A DNA stretch of 64,000 nucleotides from positions 60,388,001 through 60,452,000 of the forward strand of contig NC_043005.1 of NCBI RefSeq assembly GCF_006345805.1, read 5' to 3'. The notes under the pieces were generated by a model, which was given only the letters and a program-made list of their open reading frames with translations, had not been told where the DNA came from and ran no database searches. The translations under genes and the position numbers were made by a program. The DNA comes from Octopus sinensis (taxonomy: Eukaryota). The first letter of the stretch is position 1, and the number at the start of each line of letters is the position of its first letter. Positions 12,647 through 25,949 of this stretch are shown here, piece by piece.

Positions 12647-13646
12647 TGGACTTAGTATAACTATAGACACTAACCTGACGGTTGTCAATTTCTTAGACGT
12701 TTCCTTAGATCTTAATAATAATATTTATAAGCCTTATAGGAAGCCCAATGATAGACTAAGTTATATTAATGTAGGTTCATGCCATCCCCTTATTGTATTC
12801 AAAAATTTAGTTAAAAATATTAGTAAGAGGATTTCTAGCCTCTCATCTAATGAGGACATCTTCAATAGCGTTGCCCCAGTTTATAGTAAAGCTTTAAAAG
12901 ATAGTGGTTTTAGCGAAAAAATAAAATATACACCTATCACCAGCCCAACAATAAGGAAAAGGAATAATAGAAATAGGAAGGTCATCTGGTTTACGCCCCC
13001 TTACTCACCCGAGGTGGCCTTCAATATAGGTAAATATTTCCTAGCACTGATAGATAGACATTTTCCAGTTAACCATGCTTATAGGAAACTCTTCAATAGA
13101 CACAATTTAAAAATGAGTTTTAGTTCAACTACCAATTTTAAAAACATAATCAATCATAACATACAAAAAACACCAGAAGAAAACAGCTGTTCATGCAGGA
13201 ATAAAGAATTGTGCCCGCTAAATGGAGCTTGCATGTCCAAGACCATCATATATGAAGCTACCGTAAACTCTATAACCACTAAAGACACCGTTTCGACGAA
13301 GAAATACGTGGGCCTGACAGAGGGCAATTTCAAGGCCAGGTTCAATAACCACACTTTGAGCTTTAGGCACTGGAACAAAAGAAAAGCGACACAATTATCC
13401 AATCATATTTGGTTTTTAAGAGATAAAGGTGTCGATTATAACATACAATGGAAGATTTTGGCCAGATGTAAGCCCTATACTAACGGCAGCGGAAGGTGCG
13501 GTTTATGCGACATGGAGAGATGGCTTATCTGGAAAAGCAGCTTAGACCCTACCACATGTCTAAATACAAGGACAGATCTTTTCGGATCATGCCCACATGT
13601 GACTAAATTTCTGTTACGTTTTTGGTCCCCAAAAGAAAATGGATAG
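12647..13646 (+). CDS. 5'-truncated PLE ORF: RT C-terminus/thumb + Cys-rich linker + GIY-YIG endonuclease (333 uninterrupted codons)
   Basis: VNFLDVSLDL..YKPYRKPN (RT); RKVIWFTPPYS..IG..FL.LIDRHFP; CSCRNKELCPLNGAC; IIYEATV...YVGLTE.NFKARFNNH (GIY-YIG); CGLC. No genuine start codon. Confidence 0.88.
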
Positions 13647-13840
13647 AACATGCTTTCTGTGTTATGTCCCAAGAAGATTTTATATATTTTTATATATTTT
13701 TATATATTTTTATGTATTTTTATATAATTTTTATGACGAAAAATGCGAGCGATGTATAAGTACGCAGGCAAAGCAGAGTTATAACAGAGTAATTTCCCTT
13801 CATTTTTAACGGTATTTTTTCATAACGTTTTCAAATAGCC

Positions 13841-13903
13841 AGATAACCGAAGAGATGGTGTTGTGGATTTCCACTTCGGCATCTGAAACTCCGAGTTTTA
13901 TCT
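13841..13903 (+). ncRNA. HHR motif in PLE 3'UTR with CCGAAGA (U4C) core (mirror 11918-11980 on minus)
   Basis: agataa-CCGAAGA-gatg(22 nt)catc-t-GAAA-ctc(c)gag-TT-ttatct: 6-bp helix I. Confidence 0.6.
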
Positions 13904-15127
13904 TGACTACCGAGTAATGTAACATATTGTATAGATAAATTTCCTCTATTTACATAATATTGAGGTCTCTTTCTTTCTTTTGTTATCTTACCGTTTTATC
14001 AATATATATATATATATATATATTTGATGTATGAAATTTTTATTTCTAAAGTTTTATTTATGTAAACTAATTTTGTATCAGATTTATTTTATTGTCGGAT
14101 TTTAAATGCTTAGTATAGCTTTTTTGTAAAAATATTATATACAATTTATATGAAATATAAATTCAATTTATATTTACTGCTGCATACACTGAAAACACAT
14201 ATGAAATGATATTCATTCATCATCAATATTAAGATTTAATCATTATTTTGCATATTCCATGAATTTATACATGAGACACCATAGGCAATTTCATTTTATT
14301 CTATGAAGTAAATTGCTGGATAGACATACAGGTTTTTACTTCGACAGTAACTCATATAGTAAAGGAAAAATATATTATTTTGCAAGAATTATAAGGTGAA
14401 ACACATTATTGCATGTATATTTTCAAGTCAACGTAACTCATTTTATCATTGAAATCTTATGTGACATATTCCGAACAATATGAGGATTGTTTCTCGTCGA
14501 ACATTTTTTTAAATTAATATTTTCCTTGTAGTCTCAATGGGCATTTTTGGCATAATATGAATGCATTACAGTGGAAAGGTTTCCACAATTAGAAATATAT
14601 TTTCTGCAAATGGCTTCCATTTAAACGTGATCATTTGCTGAGAACTTATTTAGAGGAGTACACTCTTTCAATATTTTGTATGTGTTGGAGAAGGCATTAT
14701 TGAACTCCCATTCTTCTCTTAAACATACATAACTACAAAGTTTAAAGAAAGTACATGACGTACTCCGTTTTGTATACAAAATTCCTACTTATACATAGCT
14801 GATCAGTACCCATTTATACATTTCAGCATGCATGGAGAAAGGGAAGCTTCCACCAGTCTTCAGCGTTCGTGCGTAACTTCCTAGTATCTACAATAAATAC
14901 CAGTATAGATCAGATAACATTTAGATTGGTTACGTATATTTTCTCAATATTTATCTTCAACTAAATTAAAAGATTTTAAATCCCAAATCTCAATTTAGAG
15001 ATATGGGACTTCATAATTCCTGATATTATAAATTTTGCACACATTATGATGGATTGCCACAAATATCAAATTAGAAACTATGCTACACAAAAGGCAGGAA
15101 GCTGCTTACTACACAGCTACTCCTGCA

Positions 15128-15205
<78 letters not shown>

Positions 15206-15471
15206 TGTATGTATGTATGTATGCATATATATATGTATGTATGATATATTTGCATACATACAATGTTATATACACATGTAATAAGTCTACATACATACAC
15301 ACATACATAACCCAGTTCATACATACATGAGTGTTTGGCGAATTTAACAAAAGTAAATAACCCCAGATGTGATCTTTTAGTAACTGAGTCGGCTCCACCT
15401 CTATGAATTAATCAGTATCGCTGTTTTCCTGTATACCAGGAATCAATGCTCTTTACAACATCTTGAACATA

Positions 15472-16499
15472 TACAGGGAGATATCCAAAATGTCCCGTAC
15501 TATTTCTGCAGTGCGCCAACTGATAGCAGCACACGGTTGCGTGCACAATGAGAGCTAGCTGTGATTATCATGAGGCAGGGCGCCGAGTGTAATTGCTGTG
15601 TTTACTCTGAAAGCTTTTAAATTTGCGTTTTTGTGATCACGTGTATGTTGCAGTTTGCGACATTTTCATGGACAGAAACAAAAGCCAGGTGAAATTTTGC
15701 TTTAAACTTTGGAAGTCTGCTATAGCAACATTGAGCGTGCTTTGGCAAACTTACAGCAATGAGGCAATGGGTCTTACGCAATATTTAGAGGGGCATGTGT
15801 GCTTCAAATGCAGAACATCCCTGGAGAAGATGGGCGATCTAAAGACCTGCCATGAGCGTTACTCCTGGAAATATTGGGTAAATTCATCAGCTTTTGCATG
15901 ACTATCGTCGGGGGACAATCAACGTCATTGATGTTGTTGGTTTGTGGCATGGGCCCATGCAGGAGCGTGCCACTGATGACTCATTCTTCATGTAGAGGAT
16001 CATCACCGGTGACCGGATTCAGGTCTATGGGTACGACCCTGAGACGAATCAGCAGTCGTCACAATGGATGAGGTTTTCATCTCCACGACCGAAGAAGTCA
16101 TGGCAGAGCCACAGCTCAATCAGGACTATGCAAACGTTTTTTTTTTCGACATCGGCGGTATTGTGCATCGCAAATATGTACCCCAGACAGTGAATCAAGA
16201 GTTCTATTGTGACGTTTGGAAGCATTTCACGAGGACATACGGCGAAACGGATGGGATCTGTAGAGCGCGAAGGATTGGATTCTTCACGATGACAATACAC
16301 CCATCACCGCGTTCTCCTCACTCGTGAGTTTCTCGCCCAAAACAACATGGTATCCGACTTCCACACCGGATTCCAAAATGGAAGGAACGCTGGGACCGAT
16401 ATATTGCAGTGCAAGGTAACTATTTCGAAGGAGATGTATTTAAAGCGTAGGTATATATCAAACATAACTGGTCTGAGAACCTTTTGATATCAACTCGTA
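15472..16499 (+). mobile_element. Degenerate, internally deleted mariner element
   Basis: TA-flanked imperfect TIRs (tacagggagatatccaaaatgtccc / gagaaccttttgatatcaactcgta). Frameshifted transposase: QVKFCFKLWKSA, ITGDRIQVYGYDPET..SSQW, VFFFDIGGIVHRKYVPQTVNQEFYC. Confidence 0.87.
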
Positions 16500-17409
16500 C
16501 CACTGGTAGCAGTTTCATTGGAATAGCTGTAACATGATTGCTTATGTTAGATGAAATATTCAGAATAGATATTCGCTTCATTCGGAAGAGTTTGAGCAAA
16601 GTCATAGGAGAAGAATATATTCTTCACGTTGTTACTTTAACCACCGTTAAGATTGCTGTCAAGATTTTGTTAGCACCAGTTGCAGAAGCTGGATGATATT
16701 TCATGTATGAAAGACAATAGAAACTCAAAATATTGCTCGTTAATGAGAAAATCCAAGCTACATATAAAAATAATCTGCACGTTGATCATTATTATATGCT
16801 TTTTAAGTTTTAAAAATGGATTATTTTTCTAGTAGAAGAATATATCAAAGCGTAAACAAACACATATTAGTACTAGTAGATCACGACTGAAGTGCAGCTC
16901 CCCAGTTAAGGTGCCAAAGAATAAATGAGAGGCCAATCTAAGCAAGTAGTAACTGGTTGTTTGTAATTTTTCGGTTAGACTCCTAAAAATATTGGAAATA
17001 TATGTAAGGGTTCAGCTTTAAATGGCTGCCAGGTACTGCTCTCCCGATCTGTAACGGATGTAAAAGGCTTTAATGAACAATGAACAAATAAACCATAAAC
17101 GCAAGTAGGGAAAATGGTGCGTTATATATTATTATCTTCGTTTTCGCTTAAAAAACAATACAATGTAATTAATAAATCGTTTTTTGCTGTCTACATGTGT
17201 GATACATTGAAATCAAGATAGCAACTAGAATGGATAAGTAAGGCATATATAGGTGAATGGAAATATTAATTACTTTATTGTTCGTACATTGAAAAAGGAA
17301 TTTTAATTAAGCTCAAGAACAACTCTCTTCTTTGGAACAGAAATGAAGTACATATATACAGACATACGCACACGCGCACACACACAGACACACACACAAA
17401 CACACACAT

Positions 17410-17440
<31 letters not shown>

Positions 17441-17449
17441 AACTATATA

Positions 17450-17610
17450 GCTCACATTAAACAGAAAACAAAAGACGAAAACAGGGGAAAGAATAACAAG
17501 CAGGTGTAATAGTTTAACGCTCGGGAAGAATGGAAAAGTTCTTTACGTCTCAAGCCTACGCTCTTCAACAGAAAGGATTAAGGGGGGAAAAACTGAGTGA
17601 AAATGAAAAC
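17450..17610 (-). mobile_element. HHR-bearing short unit (degenerate HHR 17541-17575, CTGTTGA core, GAAA changed to GAGA)
   Basis: Minus strand: cttt-CTGTTGA-a-gagc(gtag)gctt-gaga-cGTA-aag; homologous to the 49375-49560 unit. Confidence 0.6.
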
Positions 17611-18373
17611 AGTGGAGAAAATGTGTGAAGCTTAACTATATAAACTGTACATACATGTGTGTATGTATGTGCACGCGCGCGTGTGTGTAACGGTAAAAAT
17701 CATTTCAGTTGTATGTTATTTAATTTGGGATAAATCCTATCCACCAGACTTCGGCTGAAAGATATTTTAGCAGTGTTTATCACTTCGTAAACTGATATAG
17801 GTTTCTTTTTTTATTCTTTCGAAGGGTCTATGATATAATTCTTTTGAAAAGTCTATAATTACTGTTGAATGATGTGGTGGATTTATGGGAAGTAACTGTG
17901 TAATAATTTTTTCGAAAACTCTTTAATCTAAGTAAGAATAGGTAAACACCAAATCAGAGATACAAAAGACAATTTTCTGAAACCTAATTATAATTATTGT
18001 GTATCTAGTATTATTATATAGTAATATAAACATATCTGATTATATATTTAACAAGATAACTCCGGTGGATAATAGGGCATTCCGATGATATATGCATTAT
18101 TCGCTTCAGGAGTGAATATATAAATATATAAATAAGATTAAATTTGACTTAAGATATGGCATTAATGTTTGGATAGATATATGTACTGAAATGTTTTCTC
18201 TCTGTGTTGAAATGAAATTACTGCTCAATGCATAAAAATGAAGATATTGAATTAGAATGTCCGGTTAACTAAATTAAAACTTGGTGGAATCTAACACCTG
18301 CAGGAGGTTAACGAGATTAAGTGGGATAGAGAACTGTTTCAGGTGAGCTTAATATTGTCCTTGGGTAGCTTAT

Positions 18374-18437
<64 letters not shown>

Positions 18438-18748
18438 TCTTGCCTGTAGCTAAATATATACATATATATATATAATTATTATTATTTGAGGGAATAAAAT
18501 CCAAATTTACAAGGAAAAAAGTTCAATTTAGAAATACTAAATCAAATTTCTCACGATATAATATATCTATAAAAAATCAGAAAAAATTCACCTTTTATCA
18601 ATTCAAAATGAACAATTAAATTACACCATCTAGAAAAGTACATATAATAGAAAAGTTAAAATTAAAATAACAATGAAATGTAAAGATTAAGTAAATTGCA
18701 AAGATAATAATAAAAACGTATATAATATATATATTTAGCTACAGGCAT

Positions 18749-18820
18749 GCATACATATATACACGCATACATATATACACGCATACATATATACACGCAT
18801 ACATATATACACGCATACAT
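18749..18820. repeat. 16-bp minisatellite (gcatacatatatacac) x4.5
   Basis: Direct tandem copies visible. Confidence 0.9.
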
Positions 18821-20100
18821 ACATACGTGCATACACAAATATAAATGAGTGTGTGTGTATGTGTGTGTATTGTTAGATGTAGTAAGATACATATATACTT
18901 ATGCACATGTGCAAATACATATTCCAGCATATATATGAGAACAGGCATAAATGTATTTACAAACAGGCCCGCACTCAATTATGTATGTAGCATAGATGCT
19001 GCAAATTGTTAAATGTTAAGTATATTAGCATGTCGTACATGCACACAGAAAAATTTATAAATTATAGTGCACGCGTGTACACTCACACAAAATTATATAA
19101 CTCTGTATGTGTTGTTTTGCACTTTCATGTTGGAATTACAGGGGTGCCCATTGGACATGTGGTTATGGAAATTTTACAACATGTAGAGCTCATATCTATT
19201 CCTGCATATCCACAGGCAATTCTTTCGACAGAAATGAACAGACACAAAGATTGAGGGAAATTATAATTCTTCTTTTTTTTCTTTTTGCCTCGGTCATACA
19301 TATTTTCCGAAATATTCAACGACCATGTCGTACTTATTGCATCTCTGTTAAGAAAATGTAAGTGTTTTAAAGTTTCTGTCATTTCCAATTTACCCAGAAA
19401 ACTCTCTGCCCCGGTCGACGCGGCAAGATTCTAGTCTACTGCATGCTGATGTACCGGCTACCAAGATAGAAGGGAACAAGTTAGACACGTCGAAATGGGG
19501 AAAGAACATTAAAATCAGGCAATCTGCGCCAAACTGAACAGCCTCACACGTACAAAACTCCGTTACATGGAATCTGATTTGAGACACACAAAGCTTCAGC
19601 TTCAAGGCCTGCTATATTCGGTCTGCATTTGTAGAGAACCTTTCGGCAATAATAATATTAATTCCTTCTGTCAATCATAATTACTGTCTGGTACTTAGTT
19701 TTATTAACTCAAGTGGGATGAAAGCAAATCTGATTTCGGTGACATTTGAATTTAGAATGTGAAGTGCCATAAACAGAATACTTCATGACATCTGTTCGAC
19801 ACTTAGAAGACTACAAATCAACCGTTCTTTATCAGAAAGACTGAGCTAGAGATTTCGGAAAATGGATTTAAATTGCCCCCAATCCTTGAGAAGAATTTTA
19901 TTTTAGCTAATAAAGGCAGAGTTCATCTTGACAAAAGTCTCGCATGGAGCTTTATTCCCGTTGCTCTTCATACTCACCACAATTAATGCAATTGTGATAA
20001 TACGGCAAGGGAACGGGGTATCATTCAAGCACAGCTTCCTGCCGAAATTATGATAACTGGACGATTTTTCCTTGCATATCACTCTCAGGAAGGCACAGAA

Positions 20101-20592
20101 AGAATACCAGAAAACACATGAAAACCTAGGGAGAATAATTCACTGGGCGTTATGTAAAGCTAGCATTTGACCATACTGATAAGGGTATGAATATGAACCC
20201 AGTAAAGTGCAAGAAAGTAAGAAATATAAGATATTGTGGGATTTTGACATTCAGACCTACAGAATATTTGACGCTAGAAGGCCTTATTTAGTAGTAGTAC
20301 ACAAATAGAATAAAAAGTACCATGTAATTGACTTTAAAGTCCAAAATGATGAAGTCAATATGAGAGGCATAGCGAAAAAAGCAAAGTACATATATCTATA
20401 CAAACATTGAGTTACAAGACTATGGATACTGCGAATAAAATATATCCCTGTAGTTACATGTGCATTAGGAACTATCCCTAAAGATTTGAACAGATATATA
20501 AAGAAAAAAGGCATAAGGTCTGGTTTTATGCCTCTCTAGCGAACAGTATTATTAGGGACACCTAGGAATGTTCTTCGCATCTTAAGTTACTT
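20101..20592 (+). mobile_element. R4/Dong-like non-LTR retrotransposon C-terminal (restriction-like endonuclease) fragment
   Basis: HENLGRIIHWALCK...YKILWDFDIQT..ARRPYLVVV...VIDFK..D...K.KY...ALGTIPKDL..TVLLGT (degraded). Confidence 0.75.
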
Positions 20593-20651
20593 GTAGCGAT
20601 TTTTTCCAGTAATCTAAACTGATGTGCGTGTAAAACAACATCAATAACAAC

Positions 20652-20869
20652 AAAAATAATGATCCTTTCTACAAAAGGAGCAAGAAGTGAAATTTGTAGG
20701 GAGAGGCTAGTTGATTACATCAACCCCAGTACTCAACTGATACTTCTTTCATCGACTCCGAAAAGATGAATGGTAAAGTAGAACTTGGCGAAATTTGAAC
20801 TCAGAACTTAAAGACTTGAGAAATACCGCTAAGCATTTCTCCCGGCGAATCCGCCAGCTTGCTGCCTTA
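20652..20869 (-). mobile_element. SINE (family of the 35505-36498 array)
   Basis: Reverse complement of taaggcggcgagctggc...ctgagttcaaattc...tcatc..tcgat..gtaccagttgagtactggggt. Confidence 0.75.
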
Positions 20870-20872
20870 ATC

Positions 20873-20908
20873 GTAATAATAATAGTAATGATAATAATAA
20901 TAATAATG

Positions 20909-20962
<54 letters not shown>

Positions 20963-21045
20963 TTAATATTAATAATTATAATGAGGAGGAGGAGGATAGT
21001 AATAACAGCAACAACAATAACATCAACAACAATAGCAACAACATA
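20873..21045. repeat. (TAA)n/(CAA)n microsatellite
   Basis: Direct. Confidence 0.95.
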
Positions 21046-21046
21046 G

Positions 21047-21890
21047 CAGAAATGGTCAAAGAGACAAGAAATAAAATTAAGAAAAGAATGATAAAACTTA
21101 ATAAATAAGAAATGTAGAGCAAAATCACTCAATGGTCAACACCCTGCAAGCCTTGACAGAGAAGTGATCCAAGCCAAAAATGGCTCAAAAGCTGTGGAGG
21201 AAAAGTTGAAACGGAAGGACTGTTTCTCACTGCACAAGACCAACGTCTGACTACGAACATGTATAAAAGCAAAATAATGAAAACAAAACCTAACACCAAA
21301 TGCAGAATGTGTAACCAGCTCAATATGACAGTTGACCACATCTCTGGTTGCCCACTCATCTCTGGTTGTCCAGTCTGAATATATATATATACAGACACGA
21401 CCGAGTAGTTATATCCACTAGTAGTTATATAACGACCGAGTAGTTATATGCCAAAAGCACATAAAAACTAACAATAAATTGTATAAACATTTGCCAAACA
21501 ATGTACAAGACAATGATCAGGCCACAATCATCTGGGATATACCTGTTCAAATCGCTGAAAAAATAAAAGCTAATCCCAGACATAATAATCAAGGATTGGT
21601 AAAAAAATCAACTGCTTTATGATAGATATTGTAGTCCAGTCTGACCAAGATATTGCCCAAAATAAAGTGGGGAAATTCTGAAAGTTCAAAGGCCTTGAAA
21701 CTGAAGTATTCAAAGTGTGGGGTTTGGAGGTGAAAAACAATACCAGTAATAATTGGAGCGCTGGGCATGATAAAAATGCATATGATCAAACACGTAGAAT
21801 CTATATCTGAATACTCAACATGACACATTATCTAGAAAATATCCCTCCAAGGAACACCCCACATCCTACTCAAGACACTATCAATTGAAT
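21047..21890 (+). mobile_element. Second R4/Dong-like REL-LINE 3' fragment (CCHC knuckle + REL), 3'UTR to ~22120
   Basis: ETEGLFLTAQDQRLTT..KCRMCNQ...VDHISGCP; HRHDRV; ATIIWDIPVQ; TIPVIIGALGMIK; SLQGTPHILLKTLS (frameshifted). Confidence 0.8.
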
Positions 21891-22197
21891 GGGACAACCT
21901 AAACAAAACAATCCACAAACTCAAGTCACTCTAGACAGGAAATATCCAATGAAATAAACTACCAACTGCAGGTTGGATATCCAAAGCTTGGCACACAGAA
22001 CACACAATACAAACACTATATCAATCAAAACTTGCAATAAACCTAATATAATATAAAAAAAAAGAAACTGACGCAATAAATACCGGGTAGATTTTACACA
22101 CTCACGACAACAAAAAATGAACACACAATGCTACACACATAGCATAGAAGTTTGGCAGGTGATGAGGTAGAAATTTGCCTGAAACTACCAAAAGTTG

Positions 22198-22206
22198 AAT
22201 GACGAC

Positions 22207-22276
<70 letters not shown>

Positions 22277-22279
22277 GTG

Positions 22280-22333
<54 letters not shown>

Positions 22334-22345
22334 CTGATGATGAAG
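22198..22345. repeat. (GAT)n microsatellite
   Basis: Direct; source of the poly-D/poly-M/poly-I ORFs. Confidence 0.95.
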
Positions 22346-23189
22346 ACGGAAATGATGGTGATCATGATAATGATCAACAAGCAGGACATGGTGCTCAGCA
22401 TATTCGCCATTATAGTATAAAACACCTTAGTGAATACTTAAAAATTTCTTCTCGTATCGACAGTGAAACTTCAGAGTTTATTATTCGACACATTAACATG
22501 TCAAGTCGAACAGCTGATTAAATATTCAATGGTGGGGAATTATAAAATAATTGGATAATTCTACTTTTTTTCAGTTTTACTTGTATACAGATGAATATAA
22601 TATATCTAACATATGTACGAATAAGTAAAAAAAACGAATATTTTAACAGATTCAAAAGAATTTTAAAATCACATTTCACTTGCAAAGTTATCATTTGATT
22701 CATTTATACATTTGCAATATCAGGCGTAACTTACAATTTTGGTTTACTGTATTTAGACGCAGCTTCGCTATACAATACATAACGTATAACTGAAAATATT
22801 CAAAAATTCAACGATTACGCTTGAAATCACTGAATTGGCAATTGAAATAAGATGAAATAAGAAATAAGGAATGATGAAATATGAAATAAGAACGCAGTTA
22901 AAAAGTGTATTTATCAGATAAATGGGACAGTTAAAAAATGAAAGGATGAGATGCAGCAAAATTTGTTATACAATGTAGGAGACAAGGCTGTGTGTTTCAA
23001 AAAATTACTTACTAAACAGATTTACTTTAACGAAAATCCTTCGGGAATATAGGATTTATTTATATTTTAAGAAAGGCTTTCCGATTATTTATAGTTAATA
23101 ACCGTATTTTTTATATATTTATTTGATAATTAGTATAAGTTAAGATAAGTATATTTATTCTATTAGTATTTATTATTATTTATTATCTT

Positions 23190-23306
23190 AGACCTGATGA
23201 GTGAATATATTTTTAAATAGAATTAATTTTAGTTCGGTTTCATTTTAAATCGAATTGATTTTATTATTAACTATTTGAAAATATAACCATGAAACGTGCG
23301 TACTGT
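23190..23306 (+). ncRNA. Degenerate HHR-like motif with ~90-nt extended helix II
   Basis: CTGATGA at 23194 and GAAA-cgtgc-GTA-ctgt at 23291. The intervening sequence folds (atatttt/aaaatat, aaatag/ctattt, ttcgg/tcgaa). Helix I is poor. Confidence 0.4.
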
Positions 23307-23777
23307 TTTTACTACTTTTTACTATTTATTTTACTTTATTGATGTTTAGAATAAGGTTTTTTCTTTGAAAAAGAAAAGATATAACTCAAATGTCGTTACA
23401 ATGATGTACGCCTATATATATAGGCATATATCATCTCAACGACATTGGCGTTAAGTCTTTTTTTTTCAATTTCCTCGTTATTTTTAACCAAATAGTGGAA
23501 ATAAATGGTATGAATATGAAAATACGTGCAAACAATTTTAACAAATATTCACTTAATTTAAGTTATTTTTCGAGTTAACTCTAATCTCTTCGAGCCAACT
23601 GCCGACGTAATTTGAGATATACATTTATGTACTTATACATGTGTGTGCATGTGTGTGTGTGTGTGCATTTGTGTGTGTGTGCGTATATGTGTGTTTGCAT
23701 TTGTGAGTGTATGTATGTGTGTATGAGCCTATGCGTGTATTTGTGCATATGTATATATGTGTGTATTTGTGCATATA

Positions 23778-23812
<35 letters not shown>

Positions 23813-24209
23813 GCAAGAAGCCTAGAAATCTGGTATATTTAATCCCCATTATATACGTTTCATTACTTAATACGAATAAATAAATATGATATACTTGTAG
23901 AAAGACTTGTAAGAAATCTATTACTAATTTTTGAAAGAGAGAATTTAAATAATATCAAGATACATTTATTGAGCTATAATTCATTTTATGAATTATTAAT
24001 CAGATGTCACACATAACATTATAGAAGAATATAAACAATACAGAAGTAATATTAATAAAGAGAGAGATATTGCACTTTAGAGATATATTGATACATACTC
24101 AAACTCACACACACGTAAATCCATATATATTTGAAATTCTTTGGGAAAAAGTGGTACATGGAGCACTCGGTCACTTATATTCAGTTATATATATATATAT
24201 ATATATATA

Positions 24210-24259
<50 letters not shown>

Positions 24260-24263
24260 CATG

Positions 24264-24358
<95 letters not shown>

Positions 24359-24700
24359 GGAGCTTAACGCAGGTATATTTCAAATACTTATATTTCCGAC
24401 AGATGTTTCGAAGATTCCACTGATATTATTCCAAAGGAATAAATCGTGTACAACAATATAAACTTCTCTTCGGGGAAGAGAAGAAATGAAACACGCCAAT
24501 GAGACATTTTAACAGAAAATGATGGATATGTATAGCGATTTACTGAACGCTATTAATATTGTTTAAAAATCCGTTATATGATATAACGTCAGAAGTAACC
24601 TAAAGAAAGAGGAGGGATATTTTTTAGTGAATGTTAAATATAAAAAGAAAATTAATGTCTAAATTATATATAATGATAGAGATTACTTATATGAACTAAA

Positions 24701-24756
<56 letters not shown>

Positions 24757-25119
24757 TGATAGTAACGGCTACAATTTTAAAGACAGTAACATGAATAAAT
24801 AAATAAATAATTTAAATGACCTCTGGTTAAGGTTGCACTTAGATCCTTTCTCTTAATGTATTTCCTTTTGACGATAGCTTTTGACCCCTCTACCCCTGAC
24901 CTTGTTTATCTCTTTAAATTCTCTTTAGATTCATATCTGCTTTCATCCGTGTCAGGTTGATAGTAAATGGCTGTGTATTGGTAAAAAAAAAATTAATTTT
25001 TTCCTCATAGTTCCTGAATTCTTAAAGATTCAAGCTAACTAAATTATCTACAAATTCTTCTGTATTTGGTCACTTAAAAACCCCCTCCCGCTAAGTTGTC
25101 CCAGTATACTCTATATAGG

Positions 25120-25330
25120 CGCCTTTTCTTTTCTCCCTATCCCCCTTTTTTCCTTTTACTTTTCCTTTTCTTTTTTCTTTTTCTTTTTCTCTTTCTTTTT
25201 CTTTCCTATCCTTCTCCCCGTTTCTCTTTCTTTTTTCTTTTTCTTTTTCTTTTTCTTTTCCTTCTTTCTTCTTCTTCTCCTTTTTTCTTTTTTCCTTGTC
25301 TCCTTCCTTTTTCTTTTATTTTATTTTCTT
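25120..25330. repeat. Polypyrimidine low-complexity tract (TTTTTC-like)
   Basis: Direct. Confidence 0.9.
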
Positions 25331-25495
25331 TGCCCCACAAATAAATTCCTTCAGCCTTTAGAATTCTTAACATAGCAGTTTTGCACGGAGAGCAGTAATA
25401 TGGCAAATTACCTTATCATATAGCATGAAATGATTGTGGATTAATAATGGTTAAATACATCGTCTGTGAGTATGAAATTCCTCCTATTACCACTG

Positions 25496-25668
25496 ATGGA
25501 TTAATTCACCTTTTCTGTGAAGCTAATAAGTCTTTAAAAACCTGTGATAAGTCTGTGCATCATCCTCCTCATATCTCTGGAAATTTAAATCTATACTATG
25601 GATTGATTCATCTTCTCTTCGAAACTAATAAGTTTTTAAAAATCTGTGATAAGACTGTGCATCATCAT
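25496..25668. repeat. Diverged ~103-bp-period tandem duplication
   Basis: tggatt.attca.ctt...ctaataagt.tttaaaaa.ctgtgataag.ctgtgcatcatc occurs twice. Confidence 0.75.
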
Positions 25669-25897
25669 TAATGAACTTTGAAAACTGTTTACAACCTATA
25701 TCTGCCTCTAATGGAATTATCTCCAATATTTCATGAGTATAACCTCACCCACTAAGATGTCTAGAGAACTCATATGTATTTTAGCTGATGAGTACGGGAC
25801 ACTTTAATCTGCTGCAATTTTTGCAACTTGTAATAAAGCCTGTCTTTGTATGAAACAATTGTACTAAAAACTAATCCATTCTTGTTGCTTCTTTCTC

Positions 25898-25931
<34 letters not shown>

Positions 25932-25949
25932 TCTCTCTTCCTCTTACTT

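Larger units (their letters stand above)
11890..14002. mobile_element. Penelope-like retroelement, head-to-head fold-back of two 5'-truncated copies, inserted in (TA)n
   Basis: Left arm 11890-12598 is the reverse complement of right arm 12647-13931 (with deletions); 48-nt spacer; right arm continues to ~14002 before the (TA)n tract. Confidence 0.92.

Noticed and set aside
18303-18341. 39-nt micro-exon candidate (EVNEIKWDRELFQ) between ctaac..CAG and GTGAGC
   Set aside because: Too short to distinguish from chance splice-like motifs.
22102-22521. Poly-Asp / poly-Met / poly-Ile ORFs
   Set aside because: They are alternative frames of a (GAT)n microsatellite, with no other coding support.
24397-24445. 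Minus-strand GAAA-catct-GTC-ggaa 3' half of an HHR
   Set aside because: The CUGANGA half is missing or unrecognisable.
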